Positions 27,781 through 37,747 of a DNA stretch of 64,000 nucleotides are shown one piece after another. How positions within the stretch are numbered: position 1 is the stretch's first letter; every line of letters begins with the position of its first letter. This stretch comes from Patescibacteria group bacterium UBA5147 (GTDB taxonomy: Bacteria > Patescibacteriota > Saccharimonadia > UBA4664), in the NCBI GenBank assembly GCA_002415345.1, contig DHXV01000001.1, positions 484,111 through 548,110 of the forward strand, read 5' to 3'. Under the pieces are notes generated by a model, which was not told the origin of the DNA, made no database searches, and saw only the letters and a list, made by a program, of their open reading frames with translations. Position numbers and translations under genes: made by a program.

Positions 27781-28878
27781 TTGTCGGAGCAGGCTGGATA
27801 CGCCTACAATAAGCCCAAGATGACAGACAATGAACGCCGCCCATATATGCCCACACCCGACGAGTACGTAACCGCGCTCGGCGGAAATCAGCCGTTGCCG
27901 ACTCAGCCACCCCTGCGGGCACCCCGCCGCAAACGCGGGCGCCGAATTGTTGTGGCAATTCTGCTGGTCATACTAGTTGGATTCCTGTGTTACGCGCTGT
28001 ATATCGCGTCAATCGTTGCGAAAATTTCAACACAACCGTTCGATATAACGCCGTTGTCACGTGATTCTAACGGCCGCACCAACGTCCTGATATTGGGAAT
28101 GGGGGATCCGGGTCATGCGGGTGAAGGTCTGACCGATACGATGATGATTCTGAGTTACGACATCCCCGGCCACCGGGTCGCCCAAATCAGTATTCCTCGA
28201 GATTTGAGGGTGAAAATACCTGATTTCGGTTACGCCAAAATTAATTCGGCCAACGTTTATGGCGGAACCAAAGTAGCCGAACAGACGGTGAGCAATACCT
28301 TGGGAATCCCGGTACATTATTTTGTTCAGACTGATTTCTCGGGACTGGTCGGTTTGGTCGATGCCGTCGGTGGCATCGAGGTGAACGTTAAGGACCGCCT
28401 GGTCGACAGTGAATATCCCTGCGATGACAATCAGTACAAGTCCTGCGGGCTGGACATAAAGCCGGGCCAGCAGCACATGGACGGTGCCTTGGCGCTCAAG
28501 TACGTCCGCTGCCGAAAGGGCACCTGCGGGGATGATTTCGGCCGCGCGGCGCGCCAACAGGAGGTTATCGGCCTAGTGCGGGATAAGATGGTGAAATGGC
28601 AGAACCTGGTGAACCCGGTGGTGCTGGTTCCCTTGGTCGACGCCCTGCGTCACAGTCTGAAGACCGATATGGGTTCCATTCAGCTCCTGCAACTGGCTCA
28701 AGGCTGGCAGAAGGCCAAGGGAAATAACCCCGTGAACTTGGTGCTCTCGACGGCTGCGGGCGGTTATCTGCGGAACGCCGGCGGGTCAAGCGACCTGATA
28801 CCGCTGGACGGAACCTTCGCAGCCATTCAGGAGCGGGTGAAGAATATCTTTACCCAACCGGATGACGCGGCCAAGTAA
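27781..28878 (+). CDS. LCP-family (LytR-CpsA-Psr) cell-wall polymer ligase
   Basis: N-terminal TM, then NVLILGMGD...TDTMMILS and the LCP core. TTG 27781 or ATG 27820 start. Confidence 0.8.
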   Translation: MSEQAGYAYNKPKMTDNERRPYMPTPDEYVTALGGNQPLPTQPPLRAPRRKRGRRIVVAILLVILVGFLCYALYIASIVAKISTQPFDITPLSRDSNGRTNVLILGMGDPGHAGEGLTDTMMILSYDIPGHRVAQISIPRDLRVKIPDFGYAKINSANVYGGTKVAEQTVSNTLGIPVHYFVQTDFSGLVGLVDAVGGIEVNVKDRLVDSEYPCDDNQYKSCGLDIKPGQQHMDGALALKYVRCRKGTCGDDFGRAARQQEVIGLVRDKMVKWQNLVNPVVLVPLVDALRHSLKTDMGSIQLLQLAQGWQKAKGNNPVNLVLSTAAGGYLRNAGGSSDLIPLDGTFAAIQERVKNIFTQPDDAAK

Positions 28879-28898
28879 CCATATATTGCTCCCACCGC

Positions 28899-28941
28899 AA
28901 ACACCCGGCTCGCCACCAAAGCGAAGCCGGGTGTTTTGTTG
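28899..28941 (+). terminator. Intrinsic terminator after the LCP gene
   Basis: AACACCCGGCT...AGCCGGGTGTT followed by TTTGTT. Confidence 0.65.
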
Positions 28942-29051
28942 GTTGTAGTTTGGGCTGTTCTACACCGCCATAGACTAGCTTGCTGTAGGCATATTATGAA
29001 ACTTATCCGAGTCGAAAGGAGGGCTATCTGTAGCATTGCTGGGAAAACTTA

Positions 29052-29102
29052 TGTCATAAAGCTTATGACAAGTTTGACACAATCAAAATCGTGGTTTATA
29101 AA
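29052..29102 (+). promoter_or_regulatory. Palindromic operator plus near-consensus sigma70 promoter
   Basis: TGTCATAA-agc-TTATGACA at 29052-29070. TTGACA at 29074-29079, a 17-nt spacer, then TATAAA at 29097-29102. Confidence 0.55.
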
Positions 29103-29140
29103 GGAACGTATACCCTAAATTAGCATAAGTAGTTTAGTCT

Positions 29141-29160
29141 GCCGGCACAGCCGGTTTTTT
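29141..29160 (+). terminator. Intrinsic terminator about 50 nt downstream of the promoter above (attenuator or small RNA end)
   Basis: GCCGGC-aca-GCCGG followed by TTTTTT. Confidence 0.55.
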
Positions 29161-29220
29161 GTATCTTTACAGGTAAGAGTAGCCAGCATATGCTTGAAGC
29201 ATAACCGCTAAGAAACTCCT

Positions 29221-30555
29221 ATGCGCCTCTCGCAGCTCGGCCCCCAATTTACACCTCACCAGACCGCTCCGGCTATCGAATATGTTGATGCTTACTGGCG
29301 GCAGCTGGAGCGCTTGCACCCCAGAGATGAAGGAACGCTAGTCGGGGTGCCACGGCCGTACTTTGTGCCCAGTGCCGCGAACGTCTCGGGGTTTGCCTTC
29401 GAGGAACTCTACTATTGGGATACTTATTTCATAGCTCGGGGGTTAATTGGTACATCCCGGGAACGGTTGGTGAAAGGTCTGGCCGACGACCTGATTTCCC
29501 TCATGAAACGCTATCACATGATTCCGAACGCGGGGCGCACTTATTTCACGAGCCGCTCACAGCCGCCATTCCTGACGAGCCTGATCCTGGAAGTTTATGC
29601 CCTGGAAGGCGATAAGCGGTGGTTGGAGCATGCTATGGACGTGGCCAAGGACGAATACCGCACCGTCTGGATGGGGACGAACCAGCCCAACTGGCGGCAG
29701 GTCTTTAACGGCTTGTCGCGTTATTACGATATCAACGTCCTCGACGATCTGGCCGAGGCCGAGAGCGGCTGGGACATGACAACGCGCTTTAACCGCGAAT
29801 GTCTCAGCTACATTCCGGTGGACCTGAACGCCTTGCTCTACAAGTATGAAGCCGATTTTGCCGCCGCCGCACTGGTGCTGGGTGAACCCGAGGAAGCACG
29901 CGAATGGAAAAAGCGGGCCGCACGGCGAAAAGCCATGATGCGCAAATACCTGTGGAACGAAGATAAGGGGTATTATTTCGACTATAACTTCATGACCGGC
30001 CGGCAAAGCGAAATTTGGTCGTTGGCTGGTTTTTATCCAATGTGGGCCGGAATGGACAGTCAAAATACGGCCGCCCGTGTCTACGAGCACCTGGACCGCT
30101 TTGAAGCGCCCGGGGGTCTGACTACCACCGCCAAGCAGCGCCTCCCGCACAGCACGTTCCCGACCCAATGGGCCTACCCTAACGGCTGGGCGCCCTTGCA
30201 GCTCATCGTCACCGAAGGGCTGGAGCGCAGCGGCTATCACACGGCAGCCGAGCGCCTGGCCCGTAAATGGCTGCGCTCAAACCTGACCAAGTTCGAACAA
30301 GGGGGGCAATTCTACGAAAAGTACAACGTCATTGATCCGACAGGGGAGCCGTCGCCTGGTGTGTACCCGGCTCAGGTGGGCTTTGGCTGGACTAACGCCG
30401 TGTTCTCGCAGCTGGTAAGGCGGTATCTCCGACCGGAAGAGTATCCGGTTACCCGGCACACTCCGGCAGCGCGTTTGAGGGCGTTTGTTTGGCCGAACAA
30501 ATCGTTTATACCGATCCCGACACTGAAACTTATTGCCAAACGCGTCAAAACGTAG
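29221..30555 (+). CDS. treA: Alpha,alpha-trehalase (GH37)
   Basis: YYWDTYF, QPPFLTSLI and WAYPNGWAPLQ trehalase signature regions. Confidence 0.75.
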   Translation: MRLSQLGPQFTPHQTAPAIEYVDAYWRQLERLHPRDEGTLVGVPRPYFVPSAANVSGFAFEELYYWDTYFIARGLIGTSRERLVKGLADDLISLMKRYHMIPNAGRTYFTSRSQPPFLTSLILEVYALEGDKRWLEHAMDVAKDEYRTVWMGTNQPNWRQVFNGLSRYYDINVLDDLAEAESGWDMTTRFNRECLSYIPVDLNALLYKYEADFAAAALVLGEPEEAREWKKRAARRKAMMRKYLWNEDKGYYFDYNFMTGRQSEIWSLAGFYPMWAGMDSQNTAARVYEHLDRFEAPGGLTTTAKQRLPHSTFPTQWAYPNGWAPLQLIVTEGLERSGYHTAAERLARKWLRSNLTKFEQGGQFYEKYNVIDPTGEPSPGVYPAQVGFGWTNAVFSQLVRRYLRPEEYPVTRHTPAARLRAFVWPNKSFIPIPTLKLIAKRVKT

Positions 30556-30558
30556 TGA

Positions 30559-32214
30559 TTGATACAACGAATGCTATCAAATAATCTTCCCGAACCCTGG
30601 TATCGCAAAGCGGTGATCTACCAGATCTATCCCTTGAGCTTCGCCGATTCCAACGCCGACGGTTACGGTGACATCCGCGGGATTATCGAGCACCTGGATT
30701 ACCTGAACGACGGTACTGCCAAGTCGCTGGGCGTTACTGCGCTGTGGATATCGCCGATATATGCCTCGCCAATGGCGGATTTTGGTTACGACGTGTCCGA
30801 TTACGAGAGCGTAAATCCGGTGTTCGGAACCTTAAACGACTTCGATGAACTCCTGAGGGAGGCACACAAGCGGGGCATGAAATTGATGATGGATTTCGTG
30901 CCTAATCATACCTCGGATAAGCACGACTGGTTCAGGGAGGCGAGAAGGAGTAAGACGAGCGATAAGCGCGATTGGTATATTTGGGCCGATCCGGCGCCGG
31001 ATGGCGGAGCGCCGAACAACTGGCTGGCGCAATTTGGCGGGTCGGCCTGGAGTCTGGACGAAGGCACAGGCCAATATTACCTGCATACCTTCTTGCCGGA
31101 GCAGCCGGACCTTAACTGGCGCAACCCCCTGGTTCGCGACGCCATGCTCGGGGTGTTGAAGTTCTGGTTGGCGCGTGGAGTTGACGGCTTCCGCACCGAT
31201 GCTGCCTGGTCGCTCCTTAAAGATGAGCAATTACGGGATAACCCGCCGAATCCCAGCTACGTGCCGGGCGTAAGCGATCCCTCCGATGCTTTACTGCGAG
31301 TTTACAGTGCCGTTGCGGCTGACGTGGGAGAGATTCTCGGTTCGTTCTGTGAAGTGTTGACGCAGTCAGGCGGCGACCAGCTATTAGTGAGCGAGGTAAC
31401 CTTGGGCATTCCAAGCCTGACTGCGCTCTACCGGGCGTGTGACGCCCACCCGGTCCATGCGCCGTTGAATTTCAATTTGTTCACCCTGCCATGGGATGCG
31501 CCCGCCTACCGGTCGTTCATCGACGAGTATGAGGCCTCCCTCAGACCGCAGGATTGGCCGAATTATGTCTTGGGTAATCACGACAAGAAACGGCTTGCGA
31601 GTCGCTTAGAACCGCTCCAGGCGCGTCTGGCGGCCATGCTGCAGCTGACGCTGCGCGGACTTCCGGTGGTGTACTACGGAGACGAGTTGGGACTCCCGGA
31701 TGCCGAGGTCACCCCGGACCAGTTGCGAGACCCGTGGGAAAAGCGGGTTCCAGGCCTTGGATTGGGTCGTGACCCCGAACGAAGTCCCATGCCCTGGGAT
31801 ACTACCGCCGGCTACGGGTTCACTCAGGCCAGTCCCTGGCTGCCGTTCGTAACCGGAGCGGCCGGGCTGAGTGTCGCCGCTCAGGAGAGGCAACCTGATT
31901 CCTCCTGGCAGCTCTATCGGCATTTAATTCATCTGCGACAGACGATGCCCGCCCTGATGGAGGGAGAGTACCGATCGCTGGATGCCGGCAGTGCACAGAT
32001 CTTTGCCTTCATGCGTGAAACCGGAGCGCATCGGGTCTGTGTGGTCCTGAACTTCTCTAATCAACCGCAATCAGCCCGCCTCGGAAAGCTTGGGACCTGG
32101 ATTGCGGGGACGATAGCCGTCGACGGCGACGGGCGCGGCCATGACGGAGGTGACATAGAATTGGCTGGTTATGAAGGCCGGGTTTACGAATTACGGCGAG
32201 GAGCTGAGAAATGA
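30559..32214 (+). CDS. GH13 alpha-glucosidase / trehalose-synthase-like enzyme
   Basis: AVIYQIYPLSFADSNADGYGDIRGI, DFVPNHTSDKHDWF and GVDGFRTDAA catalytic regions of the alpha-amylase family. Confidence 0.8.
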   Translation: MIQRMLSNNLPEPWYRKAVIYQIYPLSFADSNADGYGDIRGIIEHLDYLNDGTAKSLGVTALWISPIYASPMADFGYDVSDYESVNPVFGTLNDFDELLREAHKRGMKLMMDFVPNHTSDKHDWFREARRSKTSDKRDWYIWADPAPDGGAPNNWLAQFGGSAWSLDEGTGQYYLHTFLPEQPDLNWRNPLVRDAMLGVLKFWLARGVDGFRTDAAWSLLKDEQLRDNPPNPSYVPGVSDPSDALLRVYSAVAADVGEILGSFCEVLTQSGGDQLLVSEVTLGIPSLTALYRACDAHPVHAPLNFNLFTLPWDAPAYRSFIDEYEASLRPQDWPNYVLGNHDKKRLASRLEPLQARLAAMLQLTLRGLPVVYYGDELGLPDAEVTPDQLRDPWEKRVPGLGLGRDPERSPMPWDTTAGYGFTQASPWLPFVTGAAGLSVAAQERQPDSSWQLYRHLIHLRQTMPALMEGEYRSLDAGSAQIFAFMRETGAHRVCVVLNFSNQPQSARLGKLGTWIAGTIAVDGDGRGHDGGDIELAGYEGRVYELRRGAEK

Positions 32215-33014
32215 AATTAGTATTTGACATCGGAGCAACGACAACGCGATTGGCACTCACGGATGGCAAATCGTTGCAAAATATACAACGTTTCGAGACT
32301 GAAACTGGTGCCAAAGGAGTCGAAATGTTGCTTGAACAGGTCGAAGAATACCTTGACGGCCAAAAAATTTCCGAAGCCGCCGGCGGGATGCCGGGACAAC
32401 TCGACAGTGACTCCGGCCGTCTGGTTCACACTCCTAATTTACCAGGCTGGGCGGGCCAGCGGGTGGGGCGCCAAATTTCCCAACACCTGGATGTGCCGGT
32501 CACGATTCGCAATGATACCGAGGTCGTCGGCTTAGGCGAAGCGATCCATGGGGCCGGTCAAGGGCATCGCATCGTGGTGTATATTACGGTGAGTACCGGG
32601 GTCAACGGTGCGCGCATCGTGGACGGCACCATCGAATCGAGCTCACGCGGATTCGAGATGGGCGCGCAGCTGATTATCGGCAGCGACGGCAAAATGCATC
32701 AGTTGGAAGAGCTGACCGGCGGAGCGGCGCTCGAGCGCAAGTTCGGCAAACCCCCGCAAGACCTACATGATGCCCGCCTGTGGCGAAATGAAACGCTGTA
32801 TTTGGCCAACGGGCTATACAACACCATCCTGCACTGGTCGCCGGATATCGTCGTGATGGGCGGCAGCATGATGCTTGATATCGACATATCGGAAATTGCC
32901 ACGCGGCTGCGCCGGCTACCTAAAGTATATGAGTCGTGGCCGCCGCTTGTCAGGAGCCGCCTGGGTGACGACGGCGGTTTATACGGTGCTATGGCACTGC
33001 TAAAACAAAAATAG
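32211..33014 (+). CDS. ROK-family sugar kinase (glucokinase-like)
   Basis: ATGA overlap with the GH13 gene. MKLVFDIGATTTRLAL N-terminus and GGGM...G ROK motifs. Confidence 0.75.
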   Translation: MKLVFDIGATTTRLALTDGKSLQNIQRFETETGAKGVEMLLEQVEEYLDGQKISEAAGGMPGQLDSDSGRLVHTPNLPGWAGQRVGRQISQHLDVPVTIRNDTEVVGLGEAIHGAGQGHRIVVYITVSTGVNGARIVDGTIESSSRGFEMGAQLIIGSDGKMHQLEELTGGAALERKFGKPPQDLHDARLWRNETLYLANGLYNTILHWSPDIVVMGGSMMLDIDISEIATRLRRLPKVYESWPPLVRSRLGDDGGLYGAMALLKQK

Positions 33015-33040
33015 CCGGCAGCTGCCGGCTATTTTTATTG
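33005..33040. terminator. Bidirectional terminator between the ROK kinase and pilB
   Basis: ATAGCCGGCAGCTGCCGGCTAT palindrome with A/T tracts on both sides. Confidence 0.75.
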
Positions 33041-33047
33041 CGTCTGA

Positions 33048-34625
33048 TTATTCGCCGACGGCCGTGTAGACCTCTTCGAGAGTGGTCTTGCCGGCCAGAA
33101 CCTTCCCAATGCCGTCTTGGAGCAGGGTTTCCATCCCGTCCTTGATGGCGGCCTGTTCGATAGCCTGGGTTGTGGTGGCGGCGCTGCTGCGGCTGATAAG
33201 CGCTTCCATGGCGGGGGTAACTACGAGTTGTTCCAGAATGCTGATGCGGCCCCGGAATCCGAACCGATGGCACTTGTCGCAGCCGACGGCTTTGTAGAGC
33301 TTGAGCGAATCATAGTTGGGCTGCGATACTTCCGGCAGGCCGCTCAGGGCCGTCTTAATTTCCAACAGCTCGTGTTTGTCGGGCTTATATGGTTTTTTGC
33401 AATCGTCGCAGAGCTGTCTGACCAGGCGCTGAGCCATGATCAGCCGGATGGAAGAGGCGAGCAGCGGGTTCTCCCCGATCATATCCATCAGCCTCGTTAC
33501 GGCGGCCGAGCTGGAAGAGGCGTGGAAGGTCGACAGGACCAGGTGCCCGGTCAGGGAGGCCTGTAAAGCGGTCTTGGCCGTATCGGCATCACGGATCTCG
33601 CCGATCATGATGATGTTGGGATCTTCCCGCAGCACGGCGCGGAGCTTCTCCATGAACATCTGTTGGTCCTCCGAGTGGACGGGAATCTGGGAAACGTCGT
33701 CCAGCTCGTATTCCACCGGGTCTTCCAGGGTGACGATTTTGACCTGATCGTTGTTGAGGTGGTTCAGGAGGGAATACAAGGTTGATGTTTTACCGGACCC
33801 GGTCGGGCCGACGGTTAGAACCATGCCGCGCGGGTGCGCGACGGCGCGGGATAGAGCTTCGGCTTGCTTGGGTGAAAGGTGCAAGTTATCCAGGTTCAAA
33901 TACTGCATACTCAGGTTGAATATCCGGATCACCACGTCCTGGCCATGGAGCGAAGGTATGGTCTCAAGGCGCATGTTGACGTCGATTTCGTCGCCCTCGG
34001 CGTTAATGGCGTGGATATTGATGCGCCCGCCCTGGGGGGTATCAGAGCCCCATTTGACCCCGGCCCGCATCTGCAGGTCGCTGGTGAACAAGTCGTAGCG
34101 GTCCTTGGGAATGGTGATGATGGGGTGCAGGGTGCCGTCCAGCCGGAACCGGATGCGCGCGTCATCCGCCGAGGGTTCGATATGGATGTCCGACGCCCCA
34201 AGCTGATAGGCGAGTTGGGCGACCGGTTCGAACATATATTTGGGCTCCAGGGTAGCAACCTGTTCGGCAAAGGCCTCAAAATCGCCCGATTCCAGTATGT
34301 CCTGGTTGGCCGCGATCGTGAATCGGTTAAAGATCCGCTGCCAGCCGATATCAGAGGTCAGGACGAAGGTCACCTCATATCCGCTGAGCCGCTGGCGCAG
34401 CGGCTCCAACAGGCTGCGGTTGGATTGGGAGTTGATGCCGATGAGCAGTTTGTTGTCCTCTATGGACACTGGCACGATGCCGTACGCCCGCATACCTTCG
34501 ACGGTGAGCTTGCCGATCAGCGGGGTGATATCGATTTTGGGCCGGGTATCAAAATAGCCTACGCTGAGCTGCTGGGCGAATTCCTGTGAGGCTGTTTCGA
34601 TTTGGTCGCGTTCTTGTGTTGTCAT
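33048..34625 (-). CDS. pilB: Type II/IV secretion ATPase GspE/PilB family (type IV pilus assembly ATPase)
   Basis: N-terminal GSPII-like domain. Walker A VGPTGSGKTST, Asp/His boxes and a tetra-Cys motif (CDDCKK...CDKC). Confidence 0.85.
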   Translation of the reverse strand: MTTQERDQIETASQEFAQQLSVGYFDTRPKIDITPLIGKLTVEGMRAYGIVPVSIEDNKLLIGINSQSNRSLLEPLRQRLSGYEVTFVLTSDIGWQRIFNRFTIAANQDILESGDFEAFAEQVATLEPKYMFEPVAQLAYQLGASDIHIEPSADDARIRFRLDGTLHPIITIPKDRYDLFTSDLQMRAGVKWGSDTPQGGRINIHAINAEGDEIDVNMRLETIPSLHGQDVVIRIFNLSMQYLNLDNLHLSPKQAEALSRAVAHPRGMVLTVGPTGSGKTSTLYSLLNHLNNDQVKIVTLEDPVEYELDDVSQIPVHSEDQQMFMEKLRAVLREDPNIIMIGEIRDADTAKTALQASLTGHLVLSTFHASSSSAAVTRLMDMIGENPLLASSIRLIMAQRLVRQLCDDCKKPYKPDKHELLEIKTALSGLPEVSQPNYDSLKLYKAVGCDKCHRFGFRGRISILEQLVVTPAMEALISRSSAATTTQAIEQAAIKDGMETLLQDGIGKVLAGKTTLEEVYTAVGE

Positions 34626-34664
34626 ATTTCTTATGTTAGCCGATTTTGCGGCTAGATTCCATCG

Positions 34665-36056
34665 TTAGCGCCAGCTCCGCAACCACATCCGCTCGGCCAG
34701 TCCCGATGGGCTGAGAAGGGTGCCGTAAGTAAGAGGAGCAAAGTAGAGGAAAGCCAGCAGCATGATAATCAGAACCCCGGAGTATACGACCCGGGAAGCC
34801 CCTGTTTCGAGCTGATGCCTGCCATCCCGATCGGCGCTCAGGTCGTTCCACAGGAGGACCACGAAAGCCAAGCTGAAAATAAAGGAAAAGAAGTAGTGGT
34901 ACAGGAACATCACCCGGGGTACCCCGGCGAAGGGCAGGAAGTTAACCAGGTAGGCTACGCCCAGCAAAGAAAGGGCGGCAATCGTGGTGGGGCGCAGTTC
35001 GATGCGACGGGCACGGGCGTAGACGAGGCCGACGATGCCGGCCAGCAGGACTCCCCACCACACGGCCGGGTTACCGAGCAGGTAGATATTGCCTTGGCGG
35101 CCGTCGTCCTGGGTTTGACCTTGCCAGTAGTAGATCGGCCGGAGCTCCAACGGCCAGGTGTACCAGCGGGAGCCGTAGGGGTGGGTTGCGGTCAAGGTCT
35201 GGTTTCGATCGTACATTTCCTGATTGAGTTCGACGAATTTGTCCAGGAAAGTCATATGGACGCTTGGGTCAGAATAGTTGCTGCCGCGAAGACTGGCCTG
35301 GAAGTTGGGTGTCATGTACGCGTCGCCCTCGCCCGACAGCGGCAGCAGCTGGAAATGCACCCAGAAGGCGCCTGTGTAGAGGGATAGCGGCACTAGCACC
35401 AGTATCGCCAGGCTGCCGAGCGCCCGCCGGAGGCGGAAGCGGTGGTAGCGAAGATCGACCAGCCACATGAGCCCCACCAGGCCAAGCGCGGTAGCCCCGG
35501 TCCACTTGGTGCTTAAGGCCGCGCCCCCGGCGACTGCCGCCAACACCATCCAGAGCCAATACCAGCGCGTCGCGCTGCGACGTGCTACCAGGTAGAAGTA
35601 GATACTGGAAAGACCGAATAAGATCAGGAGTGAATCCATGACGATGAGGCGCGACTCAACGATAAGCGCGTTTTCGACCACGAGGGCGAATGCCCCCAGG
35701 AACGCAAACGCCCGGCTGGCGCCGAACCGTCGCAATAACGCCCAAAACACGGGGATAATCAATATCCCGGCAACGGCGGGTAAGACCCGCAGCCCTACCG
35801 TTGGCGTAGTTTTAGTTACCAGATCAATGGCGGGAATATTGAGCAGGGACGACCATCCGGCCATGAGGAGCTTGACGAGCGGGGGATGGATGTCAAAAAA
35901 ATAGTGATGATCCAGGTAATGCCCGGCAAATTCTTTGAAATATACCTCGTCAAAAATGACGGCGCTCGGAGTAAACAGGTTCCAGAGCCTGGTAGCGGCG
36001 GCCGCCAGGATAAGCAAGATAAGTTCAGGACGGACACGGCCGATTAGCTTTTCCAT
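34665..36056 (-). CDS. GT39/PMT-like (ArnT-like) integral membrane glycosyltransferase
   Basis: The AVIFDEVYF DE motif in the first loop and more than 10 TM helices. Confidence 0.7.
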   Translation of the reverse strand: MEKLIGRVRPELILLILAAAATRLWNLFTPSAVIFDEVYFKEFAGHYLDHHYFFDIHPPLVKLLMAGWSSLLNIPAIDLVTKTTPTVGLRVLPAVAGILIIPVFWALLRRFGASRAFAFLGAFALVVENALIVESRLIVMDSLLILFGLSSIYFYLVARRSATRWYWLWMVLAAVAGGAALSTKWTGATALGLVGLMWLVDLRYHRFRLRRALGSLAILVLVPLSLYTGAFWVHFQLLPLSGEGDAYMTPNFQASLRGSNYSDPSVHMTFLDKFVELNQEMYDRNQTLTATHPYGSRWYTWPLELRPIYYWQGQTQDDGRQGNIYLLGNPAVWWGVLLAGIVGLVYARARRIELRPTTIAALSLLGVAYLVNFLPFAGVPRVMFLYHYFFSFIFSLAFVVLLWNDLSADRDGRHQLETGASRVVYSGVLIIMLLAFLYFAPLTYGTLLSPSGLAERMWLRSWR

Positions 36057-36082
36057 GCCATAAGCATAATGGTTTAGGAAAT

Positions 36083-36724
36083 TTAGTAAATATACTTGAA
36101 GCTTGAGGCGGCCACCCAGCGATGATCCATTCGGTAGGCACCAAGATAATTCATTTCTGATATCTGGATGGTGGAGCCTTCGATAGCCTCTACTAACGCC
36201 ACGTGGCCATAGTATCCGCTAGGGGTCCAAGCGACGGCTCCGATTGCCGGCGCCGTGCCGGTGGGCCATCCGGCCGCAACTGCGCGAGAGTACCAAGTCC
36301 TGGCATTGCCCCAACCACGGGGTATTTGCCGACGGCCGGCGACATACCAAGTACACTGACCGCCGCTGTAAGTGTTGTTAAAGGTGTAGGGAGCGGCCAT
36401 GGCTCCCGGAGGCAGTAATTGGCCGGTTGGGCCACCTGGAAGCGTAGGGGCGGCGACAGCGGTTGTGAGGCGTGCCGCTGCGGAAGCTTCACGCTTGTTG
36501 GCCGCGTAGAGGCTGCTCGTCGGCGACAACAGCGTGCTCGTACTGAGCGAGCCGGTAATAATAAAGGCCAGGACGACCCAAGATCCAAGCTGAAAGTTGG
36601 TTTTGGCGCTCGGGCGCGGGAGCAGCCAGAGCAGTAGGATAAATCGCCGCCGCCACAGCTGTCGGTGTCGTGGGGAGGCCGGTTTCGGCACAAGATATGG
36701 TGATAGGGTGGAGTGTCGCGTCAT
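36083..36724 (-). CDS. CHAP-domain amidase/peptidase, membrane-anchored
   Basis: GQCTWYVAGRR (catalytic Cys) ... YGHVALVE (His). Confidence 0.65.
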   Translation of the reverse strand: MTRHSTLSPYLVPKPASPRHRQLWRRRFILLLWLLPRPSAKTNFQLGSWVVLAFIITGSLSTSTLLSPTSSLYAANKREASAAARLTTAVAAPTLPGGPTGQLLPPGAMAAPYTFNNTYSGGQCTWYVAGRRQIPRGWGNARTWYSRAVAAGWPTGTAPAIGAVAWTPSGYYGHVALVEAIEGSTIQISEMNYLGAYRMDHRWVAASSFKYIY

Positions 36725-36844
36725 AAGATTGGAGAGGCTTATTATTGAGCCAATGAAACATCGTACTACCGCCCAAGACTATTGCAAGCATAAGCTGTGC
36801 CAAGGCTTGTTAGTAAGCGGGCCGTAACGTAAAGTGAGCGCATA

Positions 36845-37747
36845 ATGACACGGACATCATCAGTAATCAGCACAACCGTTAAACTGGCATTTATGGCCGG
36901 CATAGTTGCGGCGGCGTTGAACTATCAGCAGCTGTTGGATCAGTATGCTTTGGCGACTTATCACCCGGCGCCCGATGTCGCCAGTATCGAGTCGCGGATA
37001 GGGCTAACGGACTACGCCCGCGGTGTTTTTTACCGTACCGACCCCCAGGTCGCATCAAAGTCCGCCTTCAACACCGACTGTGAAACCACTAGGGGTGAGC
37101 TGGAGCTGGGCTGTTATTACCGCAATAGTATCTATATCCTGCATATCGATAACCAAAGCTTGGCGCCCGAGATGGATGTCGTCACCGCGCACGAACTGCT
37201 GCATGCAGCCTGGGCGCGCCTGTCGTCGGATGAAAAGACCAAACTGACCTCCCAGCTGGAGCAGGCCTTTACAAGTCTGGCCGATGCCGATTTGCGTGAC
37301 CGGATGGCCCAGTACGCCCAGAGCGAGCCCGGACAACAAGCCAACGAGCTCCATTCCATTCTCGGCACCGAATACGTCACCCTGCCTCCGGAGCTCGAGG
37401 CCTATTATGCCCGTTACTTTACCAGCCGCGCTCAGATCGTCGCCGCCCATGAGAAGTATCAAACTGTCTTCACTACGCGAAAGGCGGAATTGGAAAATCA
37501 ACTGGCCACCATCCGCAATCTTAAAGCGCAACTTAACGTCGTAAACCGGCAGCTCGAGTCGTATCGATCCAGCGGAAATATTCCGGCATATAATTCGTTG
37601 GTTCCCAAACAAAACAGTTTGGTCGACGGCATTAATACGAGGATCGATAATTACCAATCCGGCGTCGACGAATACAACGCCTTGTCCAAGTCTTTGGACT
37701 CCCAGTTGATTACCGATACGGAAGCCGGAGTCGGCGCATCGCACTAG
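36845..37747 (+). CDS. Hypothetical HExxH (zincin-like) protein with a coiled-coil C-terminus
   Basis: VVTAHELLHAAW motif, an N-terminal TM, and a C-terminal heptad-like region. Confidence 0.4.
   Translation: MTRTSSVISTTVKLAFMAGIVAAALNYQQLLDQYALATYHPAPDVASIESRIGLTDYARGVFYRTDPQVASKSAFNTDCETTRGELELGCYYRNSIYILHIDNQSLAPEMDVVTAHELLHAAWARLSSDEKTKLTSQLEQAFTSLADADLRDRMAQYAQSEPGQQANELHSILGTEYVTLPPELEAYYARYFTSRAQIVAAHEKYQTVFTTRKAELENQLATIRNLKAQLNVVNRQLESYRSSGNIPAYNSLVPKQNSLVDGINTRIDNYQSGVDEYNALSKSLDSQLITDTEAGVGASH

Noticed and set aside
33048-36056. Numerous long antisense ORFs (for example 33879..34589, 34815..35387)
   Set aside because: They are antisense to well-supported pilB and GT39 genes and have Arg/Gly/Ala-rich GC-driven composition.
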